A stretch of DNA of 64,000 nucleotides from Nitrospirota bacterium (GCA_963790205.1 CAWBNQ010000005.1:149056-213055), one strand, 5' to 3'; positions 29,882 to 39,655 are shown, counted from the first letter of the stretch. A program made the numbers and translations. The notes: generated by a model from the letters alone, not told the origin.

Positions 29882-30829
29882 TCATCGGGGCAGACACATC
29901 GAAACAGGCTGTCCTCGCAGGTGCCAGAGAAACAGATATCCGAACATCAGCCACCGCCGCCTCAATCTTCCCGCCAGAAACAGCGTCAGAAGGTTCATGA
30001 GCGTGTATCCCGACAATCTCACCGCCGTTTGACCCAGTCCCAGGACGACCAGCCCCTTTGCCCGGATCCCGTCCAGATGCATTGTTTTTATGAAATAGAG
30101 ATACCGTGACCGCCAGGATTCAACGCGTGCTTTCAAATTGATGTTCCTGGTGCTCTGTCCGCCGAAATGGTATATCTCAATATCCGGAAGATGGTAAATG
30201 AGCCATCCTGCCTTGTTCAGCCGGTAGCACCAATCGATCTCTTCGTAAAAAAAGAAATAGTCCTCGTCCAGCATGCCCGCTTCGTCGATGGCGGATTTTC
30301 GTACGAACATGCAGGCCCCTATGATGAAGTCCACGGCGGCCGGCCCGCTGAACACGGGCTTCCGGGCCTGTTGTTTCCGGGAGGAGAAAAGCCGCACCAT
30401 GCTTGCGCTGGTCAGTTCGCTCAGGAGCTCCGGGAAAACGCCCGTAGACGTCTGCCGTGAGCCGTCCCGGAAGAGCAGCTGGGGACCGCACATCCCCGCC
30501 CGCGGATGCGCTAGCATGAACGCCAGCATCCGGTCGAGGGCATGTTCTTTGAGGACCGTGTCGCTGTTCAGAAGGACCGCGTATTCGCCGGTCATGCGGC
30601 GGATGGCCGCGTTATTCGCCTTTGCAAAACCTTCATTACGGGTGTTTGCGATGATCGTCACGCCCGGGTACTTATCCGCAACGGCCTCGACGCTCCCGTC
30701 CGCGCTCCCATTGTCGACGACGAAGATCTCAAAAACCGCTTTGTGGACCGTGTCATATACCGACGCTATGCAGTCCAGCAGAAGCTGCCTCGTGTTCCAG
30801 TTGATGATTATTATGGAAATATCGACCAA
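29882..30829 (-). CDS. Glycosyltransferase family 2
   Basis: ISIIIINWNTRQLLLDCIASV...FVVDNGSADGS GT2 signature. Confidence 0.88.
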   Translation of the reverse strand: MVDISIIIINWNTRQLLLDCIASVYDTVHKAVFEIFVVDNGSADGSVEAVADKYPGVTIIANTRNEGFAKANNAAIRRMTGEYAVLLNSDTVLKEHALDRMLAFMLAHPRAGMCGPQLLFRDGSRQTSTGVFPELLSELTSASMVRLFSSRKQQARKPVFSGPAAVDFIIGACMFVRKSAIDEAGMLDEDYFFFYEEIDWCYRLNKAGWLIYHLPDIEIYHFGGQSTRNINLKARVESWRSRYLYFIKTMHLDGIRAKGLVVLGLGQTAVRLSGYTLMNLLTLFLAGRLRRRWLMFGYLFLWHLRGQPVSMCLPR

Positions 30830-30847
30830 TGCGCGCCCTTGCCCCGA

Positions 30848-31924
30848 TTATTGTTTTATGGCACCGGCATATACGTGTGTAAGCTTTTCTCCGAACCGCG
30901 ACAGCGAAAATTCGTCCTCTGCGGTCTTTTTGCACCGGTCCGACAGCGCCCGGTACTGCGCGGGGTCCCGCAGCAGGGCAACGACCTGGTCGGCAAGCGC
31001 GGAAACGCCCGCTTCCGGTCTGTATAAGAAGCCTGTACCGTACTCTTCGATCAATTCCGCGCCGCCCTCGCCTTCCCGCGCGATGACGGGCGTGCCGGCG
31101 GCCATGCCCTCCATGAGCACGACGCCCAGCGCTTCATTCTCCGAAGGAAGCACGGTAAAATGGCTTAAGGACAGGATCTCCGGCACCTCCGACGTCCAGC
31201 CCGTAAAATGGATATTGTCCCGGATGCCGAGCTCAACGCTCCTTCCGAGAAGCGCTTCGTAGTATTCGCCGTGAACCGGGTCTCCGATAAAAACGAGCAG
31301 CGGCCGCTCTCCTCTTTTTTTGCATTCGCTCACGAGTTCCAGAGAGACCAGATGCGCCTTCCTCGTAAGGAGGCTCGAAATATGACAGAAGACCGAACTG
31401 TAGCGGTCAACATGCAGCGCACCTTTCCAGACTTCGCGCTTTTTCTCGTCAGGCCGGGAAAAACGCTGCACATCGATGCCCGGCCGGATCACGAGGGTCT
31501 TCTTCCGCGGGACCCTGTTTTCGTCGAGCAAGGACCTCTGTTTATTCGAAAGGGCGATCACCCGGTCCATAAAGCGGTAACCGATATGGCACCGGGGCAC
31601 CATCATCGTGCTCACGACCGGGCAGCGGGTGAGCCATGAAAGGATGAGCCCGAGATAGTCGGCGCGATCGAGCGTCGTGTGGATGACGTCTATACTACTG
31701 TTTTTGACGAGCCGCCGCAAGAACAGCACATCGCGTATGCCCTTCATGGTGATCCCGTGACAGACGAGCCCCATGCCGCGGACCGAATCGGTAACATAGC
31801 CCTCGGTCCCCCGGGCGACTACGGTGACGTTGTGGCCCATAGCGTGAAGGGTCGCGACCTGGTCCAGGAATATCCTTTGCGCCCCGTACCGGTCGTTTTT
31901 CGATATCATCTGCAGAATATTCAT
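30848..31924 (-). CDS. Glycosyltransferase family 4
   Basis: GT4 C-terminal motifs (VLPSENEALGVVLMEGMAAGTPVIA). Confidence 0.85.
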   Translation of the reverse strand: MNILQMISKNDRYGAQRIFLDQVATLHAMGHNVTVVARGTEGYVTDSVRGMGLVCHGITMKGIRDVLFLRRLVKNSSIDVIHTTLDRADYLGLILSWLTRCPVVSTMMVPRCHIGYRFMDRVIALSNKQRSLLDENRVPRKKTLVIRPGIDVQRFSRPDEKKREVWKGALHVDRYSSVFCHISSLLTRKAHLVSLELVSECKKRGERPLLVFIGDPVHGEYYEALLGRSVELGIRDNIHFTGWTSEVPEILSLSHFTVLPSENEALGVVLMEGMAAGTPVIAREGEGGAELIEEYGTGFLYRPEAGVSALADQVVALLRDPAQYRALSDRCKKTAEDEFSLSRFGEKLTHVYAGAIKQ

Positions 31925-31973
31925 GATCGTTTTTTTATATGACTACCCTGAGTCCCACCGGTCGGCCGGGCAG

Positions 31974-32801
31974 TTATAATTTTTTTATACCGTTTTTGCA
32001 AAACGGCTCCCTGTTCGCGATACGCCTTTTGAGTATGGCCAGGTTGTGCTGATATTTTTCGTTTTCAAAGCTCCACGATGACGGGTGCCAGAGATGAAAG
32101 ATTATGGCGAGGCCCCGCACCGACCGTACCCGCTTCCCCTGATTGAGCACGCGGATGCCCAGATCGTTGTCCTCGATGGAGCCGTCCAGAAAATCCTCGT
32201 CGCAGCCGTTGATCGCGACGAAGAGGTCTTTAGAAAGGCTGAAATTGCAGCCCCAGACGCCGTCATCGGTTATCCGGTCCCGGTGTGCTATGCGCCTCAG
32301 AAAGGGGCTTCGTATCATGAGCGCCTCCTCGACCTTGCGTGATCCTCCCCGGAAGGAGTCCCATATGAGACGGGGAGCGAGAGAATTCAATACTCTCCCC
32401 TCCTTGAGTAAGCGTTCCGTCAAAGCCCTTCCGATCTCAACGCGTTTCCCGCTCAGGATGGCGTCAAGGCTGCCCTGTTCCGCGTGAGTGCGGACAAAAT
32501 GCCGGTGAGCCATGCAGTCTCCGTCCAGGAAGACCAGATAGTCTCCCGCCGCTTGCCGCACGGTCTCGTTCAGGATCTTCGGTTTTCTGAAGCCTTTGTC
32601 CTCATGCCAGACATGCCTTATTGGAAATACCCTCTTGAGCTGCGCCTGCATTTCGAGCACCATATCCCGGGTCTCGGAAGCGCTCCCGTCATCGGCGATC
32701 AAGACCTCATGAGGCAGCACGCTCTGTTCTGCCAGGCTCAGCAAACACAGCCTGAGGGCCTGGGGACGGTTATAAGTAGGCACAACAACGGTAATTTGCA
32801 T
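31974..32801 (-). CDS. Glycosyltransferase family 2
   Basis: ITVVVPTYNRPQALRLCLLSL...DDGSASET...FLDGDC DxD GT2 signature. Confidence 0.88.
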   Translation of the reverse strand: MQITVVVPTYNRPQALRLCLLSLAEQSVLPHEVLIADDGSASETRDMVLEMQAQLKRVFPIRHVWHEDKGFRKPKILNETVRQAAGDYLVFLDGDCMAHRHFVRTHAEQGSLDAILSGKRVEIGRALTERLLKEGRVLNSLAPRLIWDSFRGGSRKVEEALMIRSPFLRRIAHRDRITDDGVWGCNFSLSKDLFVAINGCDEDFLDGSIEDNDLGIRVLNQGKRVRSVRGLAIIFHLWHPSSWSFENEKYQHNLAILKRRIANREPFCKNGIKKL

Positions 32802-32853
32802 GTTCGTTCTTTACGTTTCCTTTGCTTTCGCGGCCGGGTCCGAAATACCTCCG

Positions 32854-33789
32854 TTATTTTTTTATCAGATAAAAAGCGGCCTGGTCCCCCCGGTTCTCTC
32901 TGTTCAGTTTCTTTGCCCGGCGTTTCCATTGCCTGACCTGCGAGGACGTAAAGGTCCGGCCTTTTGACGCGAGCGGGAGCCCCCTTTTGTACCGTTCGCT
33001 TCCCTCAAATTGATCTTTCGTGGAATCGAAGACCACGGTCCGCACGTGAAATCCCGTTTTGTCGGCAAGGATGTTCATGCTTTCGAGGGACGGGAGCATG
33101 TAATGCCGCGGCGCGTCGAGCTGCACCCAGTATTCCCGATACTGTTCCCAGGCATGGGAAGAAACCGTAGGGACCCTGATCAGGCAGCATCCGCCCGCGG
33201 GAAGCAGCCTTGAGACCGCCGTGAGATCCCCGATCGGATCAGGGACGTGTTCAAAAGAGTGATGATACATGATCAGGTCCCACTCTCCCCTGACGTCGTA
33301 AAGGGACTGTTTCAGGACCCGCAAGCCGTTTTCGTACGTTATATCCTCGCGTATATACGGGTCGATCCCGAGCACATTCCGAAACCCGAGCTCCCTCAGG
33401 GCATACAGCCGCCAGCCATCGCCGCACCCGACGTCCAGGACCCTCGAATCCGTGGTAAGCCCGACCTTCGCCAAAGGAGCGAGTTTTTTATTCGGTGAAA
33501 GCGCGGAAACCAGCGCGCCGAGGACGCCGTGATTGAACACCGTATAATGGTCCTTCAGCCGTCTCAAAGCCTTGTCCACCGGGTTCTTTTGGAACCTCCG
33601 TTGTTTCGGCGAAAAACTGTAATAGTGCGGCGGGTAATATTTCTCCATGTTCGACGGGATCTCGGCTATCTGCAGGCACTTGCAGGCCGAACACTGAAAG
33701 TAGTCGAACCGGTCCTTATACCCGAACATCATTTCCTGGACGGAATATACGGCGTTATTCCTGCTGTTTCCGCAGATCCTGCACATCAC
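32854..33789 (-). CDS. Class I SAM-dependent methyltransferase with N-terminal Cys4 zinc-ribbon
   Basis: CRICG...CSACK zinc ribbon, then a VLDVGCGDG glycine motif and a Methyltransf_11-like core. Confidence 0.8.
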   Translation of the reverse strand: MMCRICGNSRNNAVYSVQEMMFGYKDRFDYFQCSACKCLQIAEIPSNMEKYYPPHYYSFSPKQRRFQKNPVDKALRRLKDHYTVFNHGVLGALVSALSPNKKLAPLAKVGLTTDSRVLDVGCGDGWRLYALRELGFRNVLGIDPYIREDITYENGLRVLKQSLYDVRGEWDLIMYHHSFEHVPDPIGDLTAVSRLLPAGGCCLIRVPTVSSHAWEQYREYWVQLDAPRHYMLPSLESMNILADKTGFHVRTVVFDSTKDQFEGSERYKRGLPLASKGRTFTSSQVRQWKRRAKKLNRENRGDQAAFYLIKK

Positions 33790-33815
33790 TGGAGGTCACC
33801 CGTCCGAGCGCGATT

Positions 33816-34481
33816 TTAGTTGAACGCAAATATGCTCTTCACTTTTTTTCTGAAATCCCTGAGCTTCAGTCTGAATTTCAACCGTTTGAAATAAAAATTA
33901 TCAAAATCGCTGTCGCGCAGCTCTTTCGTCTTTTTGTTGGTGACGATGCTGTAGAGCTTGTATCCGGACAGATTATTCTCCGTAAAATGCACCGGTTTTT
34001 TTGCCTTGAGTAGGACCCCCGGCATCTCCGGATCTCCCTGCAGCGCCTGTATCTCGAAGTCCGAAAAAATATTTTTCATGTCTTCCTGCTCGTATCTCCA
34101 GAAATCGTAGGGGAAGCCGTGGTACTTGAAGCCGTGGGAACGGGTGGTAAGCAGAACGACCCCTCCCGGCCTGCAGATGTTCTTGATATTCGAGACGACC
34201 ATTCTCCAATCCCGTATATGCTCGAGCATTTCCGTGGATATGACGGCGTCAAAGCTTTCTTTGCCGAAGGTATGCAGGATATCCTCGGCCCTGCACACGA
34301 CGTCGACACCCCGTCCTTTTTCTATGTCAACACCAACGTATTCACGGGGGCCGAGCGCCTCGACGGTCGGTCTCAGGTTGCCGTTCACGTCCACGGAACC
34401 GACCTCCAGGACCCGTTTCCCCTTGATCTCTTCCCCGGTCAGGTTCTTAGCGCCGAACAGGATGCAGCTTTGATTGCACAT
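33816..34481 (-). CDS. Class I SAM-dependent methyltransferase
   Basis: VLEVGSVDVNG...DAVISTEMLEHI...PGGVVLLT motifs. I chose the start at ATG 34481, which overlaps the upstream stop by 1 nt. Confidence 0.75.
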   Translation of the reverse strand: MCNQSCILFGAKNLTGEEIKGKRVLEVGSVDVNGNLRPTVEALGPREYVGVDIEKGRGVDVVCRAEDILHTFGKESFDAVISTEMLEHIRDWRMVVSNIKNICRPGGVVLLTTRSHGFKYHGFPYDFWRYEQEDMKNIFSDFEIQALQGDPEMPGVLLKAKKPVHFTENNLSGYKLYSIVTNKKTKELRDSDFDNFYFKRLKFRLKLRDFRKKVKSIFAFN

Positions 34482-35686
34482 TATAATACTCTCCCTTGAA
34501 TGATTGCGCTTTTCGGCATAACGGCCAGTGATTGAAAGAACCGGAAGTAATCGTCGGTCATCCGCTGTCTGCTGTAGCGCTCCGCTGTCCATCGAGGGCC
34601 TGCGTCGGCCATTGAGGCGCGCAGGGATTCGTTCTTCAATATCCTGATCACTTCCGATGCCATTCTCTCGGGCCCCCCGTCCACGAGAACTCCAGCCGGA
34701 CAGCCTTCAAGAGAATCGCGGATGCCCCCTTCGTTTACCGAAACGACCGGCGTTCCCGCGGCAAGGGACTTCAGCACCCAGATGCCGAACCCTTCGTTGC
34801 GATGGGTGCTGACCGCGACGTTGATGTCGGCATAGAAGGAGAGCATGTCCTCTTTGGACAGCCTGCCGGTCCAAAGTATGGCTTGAGTGAGGCCGAGCTC
34901 TTCTGCGCGCTGCTTGAACGCCTCGACCGGGCCGGTCCCGTTTTCAGAGCCCACGAGCGCAAACCGTGTTCCGGGAAGCTCTTTATTGATCAAAACCAGG
35001 GCGTCGAGGAACTCGATCTGGTTCTTCCAGAGATCCCCCACCGTGCCGATGATCCGGGCGTCGTTGGGAAGACCGAAGCGGCTTCTCAGTATCCCGCGGC
35101 GGACATTCTCCGGCTTGAACTTGTCGAGGTCTATGCCGTAATAGATGATGCTGGTCCGGGCGGCGAGCTTCGGGGAGTAAGAAACGATCCGGTCCCTTAT
35201 GTGTCGCGAGATGGTCACGATCTTTTTCATGCGCGAAAGAAGGAACCGCGATCTGAGGAACTCCGGCACCTGGGGCGTATACATGAGCGCCGGATTTCGC
35301 CCGGACAGCTTGGCACCGAGCCATGACTGGATGATATCGTGGCCGCGCTGGATATCGATGATCTCGTATCTATTCTCTTTGATGATCTTCGCTGTCTTGA
35401 ATACCGCGCTTATCGTGCTCAGGCCCGAGCGTTTGATCGGATGAAGCGTGATATCGCTGCCCGTGAAAATATCCACAAGCGGCGTGCCGGGCCGGCAGAC
35501 AAGGCCGACGCTCACTCCTTTTGCTGCAAGACCTGGGAGCAGGTCGCGCAAAAATTCCTCTCCCCCGCCCCTTCCCCTGAAGTTGTTCACAAACAGTATT
35601 TTCACTAAGCCTGTCCTTTTTCTTGCCTTTTGCTCCTTACTCCTTACTACCGAACTCCCAACTGCTTTCTCTCTTTCCATTCCCAC
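34481..35686 (-). CDS. Glycosyltransferase family 4
   Basis: GT4 motifs (LVGSENGTG, STHRNEGFGIWVLKSLAAGTPVV). Confidence 0.85.
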   Translation of the reverse strand: MGMEREKAVGSSVVRSKEQKARKRTGLVKILFVNNFRGRGGGEEFLRDLLPGLAAKGVSVGLVCRPGTPLVDIFTGSDITLHPIKRSGLSTISAVFKTAKIIKENRYEIIDIQRGHDIIQSWLGAKLSGRNPALMYTPQVPEFLRSRFLLSRMKKIVTISRHIRDRIVSYSPKLAARTSIIYYGIDLDKFKPENVRRGILRSRFGLPNDARIIGTVGDLWKNQIEFLDALVLINKELPGTRFALVGSENGTGPVEAFKQRAEELGLTQAILWTGRLSKEDMLSFYADINVAVSTHRNEGFGIWVLKSLAAGTPVVSVNEGGIRDSLEGCPAGVLVDGGPERMASEVIRILKNESLRASMADAGPRWTAERYSRQRMTDDYFRFFQSLAVMPKSAIIQGRVL

Positions 35687-36423
35687 GCCTTCGCATACTT
35701 GGCAAACACGTAATAGGAGTGGAAGAGGTTCAGTACAAGCCCGCGCTTCTTGTCAAGGAAACCGAGACGGAAGAAGTATTTGAGCATGAACGTAAAGACC
35801 GGCCTGAACAGGATGTTGACCCAGCCGGACTTGAAAGCACTGATGCCCCTCTCCGCCATGACGGTAACGGCAAGGGAGGAATACTTGTTGATCGAGGACA
35901 TGTACGAAGCGAGATCGGGATAGGCGTAATGGAGCAGGGCGTGACGGGTGTTGCCGACCCTGCCCTGGACCTTGATCGCTTCGTGCACGACCCGTTCTTC
36001 GAACCGGCCTTTCCCCTTGCGGAACAAGCGGAGGTTGTAGTCCGGATACCAGCCCCCGTAGCGGACCTGTTCCCCGAGAAAGAAGGTTTTACGCGGTATG
36101 CGGTATCCGTCGAACGAACCGGACCGCGAGATGATGTCCCGGATCTCTTCAGCGAGGGCCGGTTCTATCGGTTCATCCGCGTCCAGGCTCAGGACCCAGT
36201 CGCCTGAGGTCCTGTCTATGGCCGCATTTTTCTGGCGCGCGAATCCGGGCCAATCCTGGTGGATGACCTTGTCGGTATATTCGCGGCAGATGGCGATGGT
36301 CTTGTCTGTGCTGCCCGAATCAACGACCACGATCTCGTCGGCCCATGCCACGCTTTCGAGGGTGCGGCGGATGTTCTTTTCTTCGTTATGGGTGATGATA
36401 GCGACGGAAAGTTTCTGTGTCAT
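35647..36423 (-). CDS. GT2 lipopolysaccharide core glycosyltransferase (KdtX/WaaE-like)
   Basis: LSVAIITHNEEKNIRRTLESV.WADEIVVVDSGSTD signature typical of KdtX-like LPS core GT2. I place the start at ATG 36423. Confidence 0.8.
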   Translation of the reverse strand: MTQKLSVAIITHNEEKNIRRTLESVAWADEIVVVDSGSTDKTIAICREYTDKVIHQDWPGFARQKNAAIDRTSGDWVLSLDADEPIEPALAEEIRDIISRSGSFDGYRIPRKTFFLGEQVRYGGWYPDYNLRLFRKGKGRFEERVVHEAIKVQGRVGNTRHALLHYAYPDLASYMSSINKYSSLAVTVMAERGISAFKSGWVNILFRPVFTFMLKYFFRLGFLDKKRGLVLNLFHSYYVFAKYAKAWEWKERKQLGVR

Positions 36424-36424
36424 A

Positions 36425-37489
36425 TTAATTCCGCGTAAGCTCCGGAACAATGGTCCTGACCTTCTGTTCAACGGCCTCGAGCGCCTCCTCCATGGCGATC
36501 CGTTTCATGCACTCATTGTCAGCGCACTTGTGCGGTTTGCAGGGATAGCAGGAGAGCCGCTTGGTAATGACGGTATGGCCTTGGCCCCAGGGCCCCCACT
36601 TGCGCTCGTCCGTGGGGCCGAAGAGGGCGACAACGGGCACGCCTGTTGCAGCCGCCATGTGCATGGGTCCGGAATCTACGCCGAAGAACAAATTCGCCGC
36701 CCGGTATACCGAGATGTTTTCACGCAGGTCCGTGGCCCCGCAGAGGTCGAGACCGTTGAAGGGCCCCTGTTCCTCGATCTCGCGATAGAGCGCCGCGTCG
36801 TTTTTGGCGCCGGTATAGATGAAGCGGGCTTTGTACCGGTCCCGGAGCGCACGCATGACCGCAGCGAAGCGATCGAGCGGCCACTGCTTTGCCGGGAGGC
36901 TTGCCGCAGGGTGAATGATGATCTTCAGTTCATCGGTTTTCCATCCCGCCTGGGCGAAGCGCGCCTTGACCTTTGCGTCATTTTCCGGCGTGGGCCAGAG
37001 TTCAAGAGCTTTTGACCGAATCGGGGCGTCGATTGCGCGCAGACAGTCGAGAAAATTTTCCACCTCGTGCTGGTCGTGGCGGTATACTACGCTATCGGTC
37101 AGGAGCATTCCCCGCCCTTCGGTGGCAAAGCCGATCCTGCGCGGCACGCCCGCGGCCCGGACAAGCAGCGCGCTCGAAAGGGAGCGCTTCAGCACGAACG
37201 CCGCATCATATCGCTCTTTTTTAATAAGCTTCCAGTAATGGATATAGCCGGCGAGTCTGCCGCGTTCCGTGGCGGCGCTGTAGGTGTGGATGGTCTTGAA
37301 CTCGAAAGGGACCACCCGGTCCACATACGGGCAGCCTTCGAGCACCCGGCCGGAGAATGGCTCGATCATGAGGTCTATTCGCGCCGCGGGAAAGGCTTCG
37401 CGGAGGTTCCTGAGGAACGGGACCGTCAGGACCGTGTCGCCGATAAAGCGGTAACGCATCACCAGTATTTTTTTCGCCGTCAGCTTCAT
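36425..37489 (-). CDS. Glycosyltransferase family 9 (heptosyltransferase, RfaF/WaaC-like)
   Basis: KILVMRYRFIGDTVLTVPFLRNLREAFP N-terminus and a C-terminal GT9 region (DSGPMHMAAATGVPVVALFGPT). Confidence 0.85.
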   Translation of the reverse strand: MKLTAKKILVMRYRFIGDTVLTVPFLRNLREAFPAARIDLMIEPFSGRVLEGCPYVDRVVPFEFKTIHTYSAATERGRLAGYIHYWKLIKKERYDAAFVLKRSLSSALLVRAAGVPRRIGFATEGRGMLLTDSVVYRHDQHEVENFLDCLRAIDAPIRSKALELWPTPENDAKVKARFAQAGWKTDELKIIIHPAASLPAKQWPLDRFAAVMRALRDRYKARFIYTGAKNDAALYREIEEQGPFNGLDLCGATDLRENISVYRAANLFFGVDSGPMHMAAATGVPVVALFGPTDERKWGPWGQGHTVITKRLSCYPCKPHKCADNECMKRIAMEEALEAVEQKVRTIVPELTRN

Positions 37490-37580
37490 GTCGCAGTATC
37501 GTTAGGATTAAACCACCAACGCAAAGATGCTCCGGGAATAATTTGAAGTAAGATCGCAGGAGAGTCTCGTGCAGCTGTAA

Positions 37581-38621
37581 TTAACTCGCCTTGCCGGGCA
37601 ACGCTTCCGTTGTCTCCCTCTTGTGCTCCTCCACCCTGTCTGCAAGAAACGTGATAAGAGGGCCGAGTCCGGCGCCGGTGACCGCGGATATGGGAAAGAA
37701 CTCAACACCCGCTTCGCGGCAGAACCGCGTCAGTTCCTCAAGCTTGTCCGGCTCCGCGGCATCGATTTTCGTCGCGGCCACGGCCATATACTTCTTCAGC
37801 AGCTCCTTGCTGTACAGTTCCAGTTCGTTATTGATCTTCTTGAAATTCTCCACCGGGTCGCCGGGCGCGAGGCCCGACACGTCCACCATATGGAGAAGGA
37901 TGGACGTCCGCTCGATATGACGCAGGAAGTCGAACCCGAGGCCCGCCCCTTTATGCGCGTTCTCGATAAGACCGGGGATATCGGCCACCACAAAGCTCTT
38001 CCTGTTTTCCGGCTTCACCACCCCGAGCACCGGCGTGAGCGTGGTGAAGGGATAGTCCGCGATCTTGGGCTTGGCCGCGGAGATGCGGGAGATCAGTGTG
38101 GATTTGCCCGCATTCGGGAAGCCAACGAGCCCCACGTCAGCGAGCAGTTTCAGTTCGAGGAACAGGGTCTGTTCCTCGCCCGGCTCGCCCGGCTGGGAAA
38201 AGCGCGGCGCCTGACGGGTCGCGGTCTTGAAAAATGCGTTCCCCTTGCCTCCCCTGCCGCCTTTGGCGACCGTATACCCCTTGCCGTCGGCGTCGAGGTC
38301 CACGATCAGTCCGTGGCTCTCCGCGTCGTACACCAGCGTGCCCACGGGCACGCGGATGACGATGTCCTCCGCCTCGGCGCCGGATTGCTGCTTGCCGCGG
38401 CCCTGTTCGCCGCTCTTGGCGAAATAGTTCTGCTGGTACCTGAGGTCGATGAGCGTGCCGAGCTGGCCGTCGGCCAGGATGATGATATCGCCGCCTTTGC
38501 CGCCGTCGCCGCCGTCGGGTCCGCCGCGCGGAACATAGGCCTCGCGCCTGAAGCTGATGCAGCCCTGCCCTCCGTGGCCCGCCTTAACGTTGATCTTGAC
38601 CCGGTCTATAAAATTGGACAT
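37581..38621 (-). CDS. obg: GTPase Obg/CgtA
   Basis: Obg fold N-terminal glycine-rich domain (GGQGCISFRREAYVPRGGPDGGDGGKGG) plus a GTPase domain (GFPNAGKSTL, DIPGLIE). Confidence 0.95.
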   Translation of the reverse strand: MSNFIDRVKINVKAGHGGQGCISFRREAYVPRGGPDGGDGGKGGDIIILADGQLGTLIDLRYQQNYFAKSGEQGRGKQQSGAEAEDIVIRVPVGTLVYDAESHGLIVDLDADGKGYTVAKGGRGGKGNAFFKTATRQAPRFSQPGEPGEEQTLFLELKLLADVGLVGFPNAGKSTLISRISAAKPKIADYPFTTLTPVLGVVKPENRKSFVVADIPGLIENAHKGAGLGFDFLRHIERTSILLHMVDVSGLAPGDPVENFKKINNELELYSKELLKKYMAVAATKIDAAEPDKLEELTRFCREAGVEFFPISAVTGAGLGPLITFLADRVEEHKRETTEALPGKAS

Positions 38622-38821
38622 CGCTGGACAGTAGCTTTCTCCCTTTGTTTCAAAGGGTTAATAACGTATTTAAATAGCATTTTCAATGCATTGAAATATA
38701 CAGAGATACGCCTCAAAATGCAAGTGTGAAAGACGTCAGGGACAACACCGCATCGTGGGTGAACGCAGGCATTCCTCAGGCATGCAATGCCGTGGCAAGC
38801 AGAGCACTTGAGGGCAAAATA

Positions 38822-38858
38822 AAAAGGCGGCATGGTTAAATGCCGCCTTTGAAAATTA
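38822..38858 (-). terminator. Rho-independent terminator downstream of rpmA
   Basis: On the minus strand, a GGCGGCAT-ttaacc-ATGCCGCC hairpin is followed by TTTTTTATTTT. Confidence 0.7.
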
Positions 38859-38878
38859 CCGTTGATGGAGCTTGGAGC

Positions 38879-39139
38879 TTACGGCGCCGGTGCGTAAACG
38901 CTCACCTGCTTGCGGGTCTTGTCGTAGCGCTCGAATTTCACCACGCCGTTAACCTTGGCAAAGAGCGTATCGTCGCTGCCCTTTCCAACGTTCGTGCCGG
39001 GATGGAACTTCGTCCCGCGCTGCCGGACGATGATCGTCCCCGCGTGGACCGTCTCGCCGTCATAGCGTTTTACGCCGAGGTACTGCGGTTTGCTGTCCCT
39101 GCCGTTCCGTGAACTGCCGACGCCTTTTTTATGAGCCAT
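38879..39139 (-). CDS. rpmA: 50S ribosomal protein L27
   Basis: [16 protein letters not shown]... is the canonical L27 sequence. Confidence 0.97.
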   Translation of the reverse strand: MAHKKGVGSSRNGRDSKPQYLGVKRYDGETVHAGTIIVRQRGTKFHPGTNVGKGSDDTLFAKVNGVVKFERYDKTRKQVSVYAPAP

Positions 39140-39284
39140 TTAGATCCTCCGAATAAATCCCAAATAACAAGCACCAAATATCAAACAAATTTTAATGCTC
39201 AAGCACCAATTGCCAAACATTTGGAATTTGATAATTTGGAGATTGGAATTTATTTGTAATTTGTTGATTTGAAATTTTGTTTTA

Positions 39285-39596
39285 TTATGCCTTTATCTCT
39301 TTTACCTTGATCGCCGTGAAATTCTGGCGATGGCCGTTGGTCCTGCGGTAGCCCTTGCGGCGCCGGTGCTTGAAGATGAGGAGCTTTTCGCCCCTGCCGT
39401 CTTCCACCACTTCCGCCGTAACGCTGGCCGAGGCGAGCGTGGGCCTGCCCACGGACACCTTGTCTCCGTCCGCGATCATGTAAACTTCCTTGAGCTCTAT
39501 CGTGTCGCCCTTCTTGGCATCCAGGGTCTCCACTCTGACAACGTCGCCGGGAGAAACCTTATACTGTTTTCCTCCGGTCGTAATGACTGCGTACAT
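39285..39596 (-). CDS. rplU: 50S ribosomal protein L21
   Basis: MYAVITTGGKQYKV... is the canonical L21 N-terminus. I place the start at ATG 39596, which is preceded by GGAGG. The track ORF begins 9 codons further upstream. Confidence 0.95.
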   Translation of the reverse strand: MYAVITTGGKQYKVSPGDVVRVETLDAKKGDTIELKEVYMIADGDKVSVGRPTLASASVTAEVVEDGRGEKLLIFKHRRRKGYRRTNGHRQNFTAIKVKEIKA

Positions 39597-39655
39597 GATG
39601 TGAAACCTCCTTCGCTGAAACATCCGCGTTCTTCTGATTCACTTTAAGAGCCCGT

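Noticed and set aside
30273-31262. Plus-strand 329-aa ORF
   Set aside because: It is antisense to well-supported GT2 and GT4 genes. The translation is Ser/Ala/Arg-rich without motifs.
36098-38729. Plus-strand ORFs 36098..37015 (305 aa) and 37623..38729 (368 aa)
   Set aside because: They are antisense to the GT9 heptosyltransferase and to obg. Both of those genes have strong homology support, and the antisense translations are low-complexity and Arg/Ala-rich, as expected from high GC.
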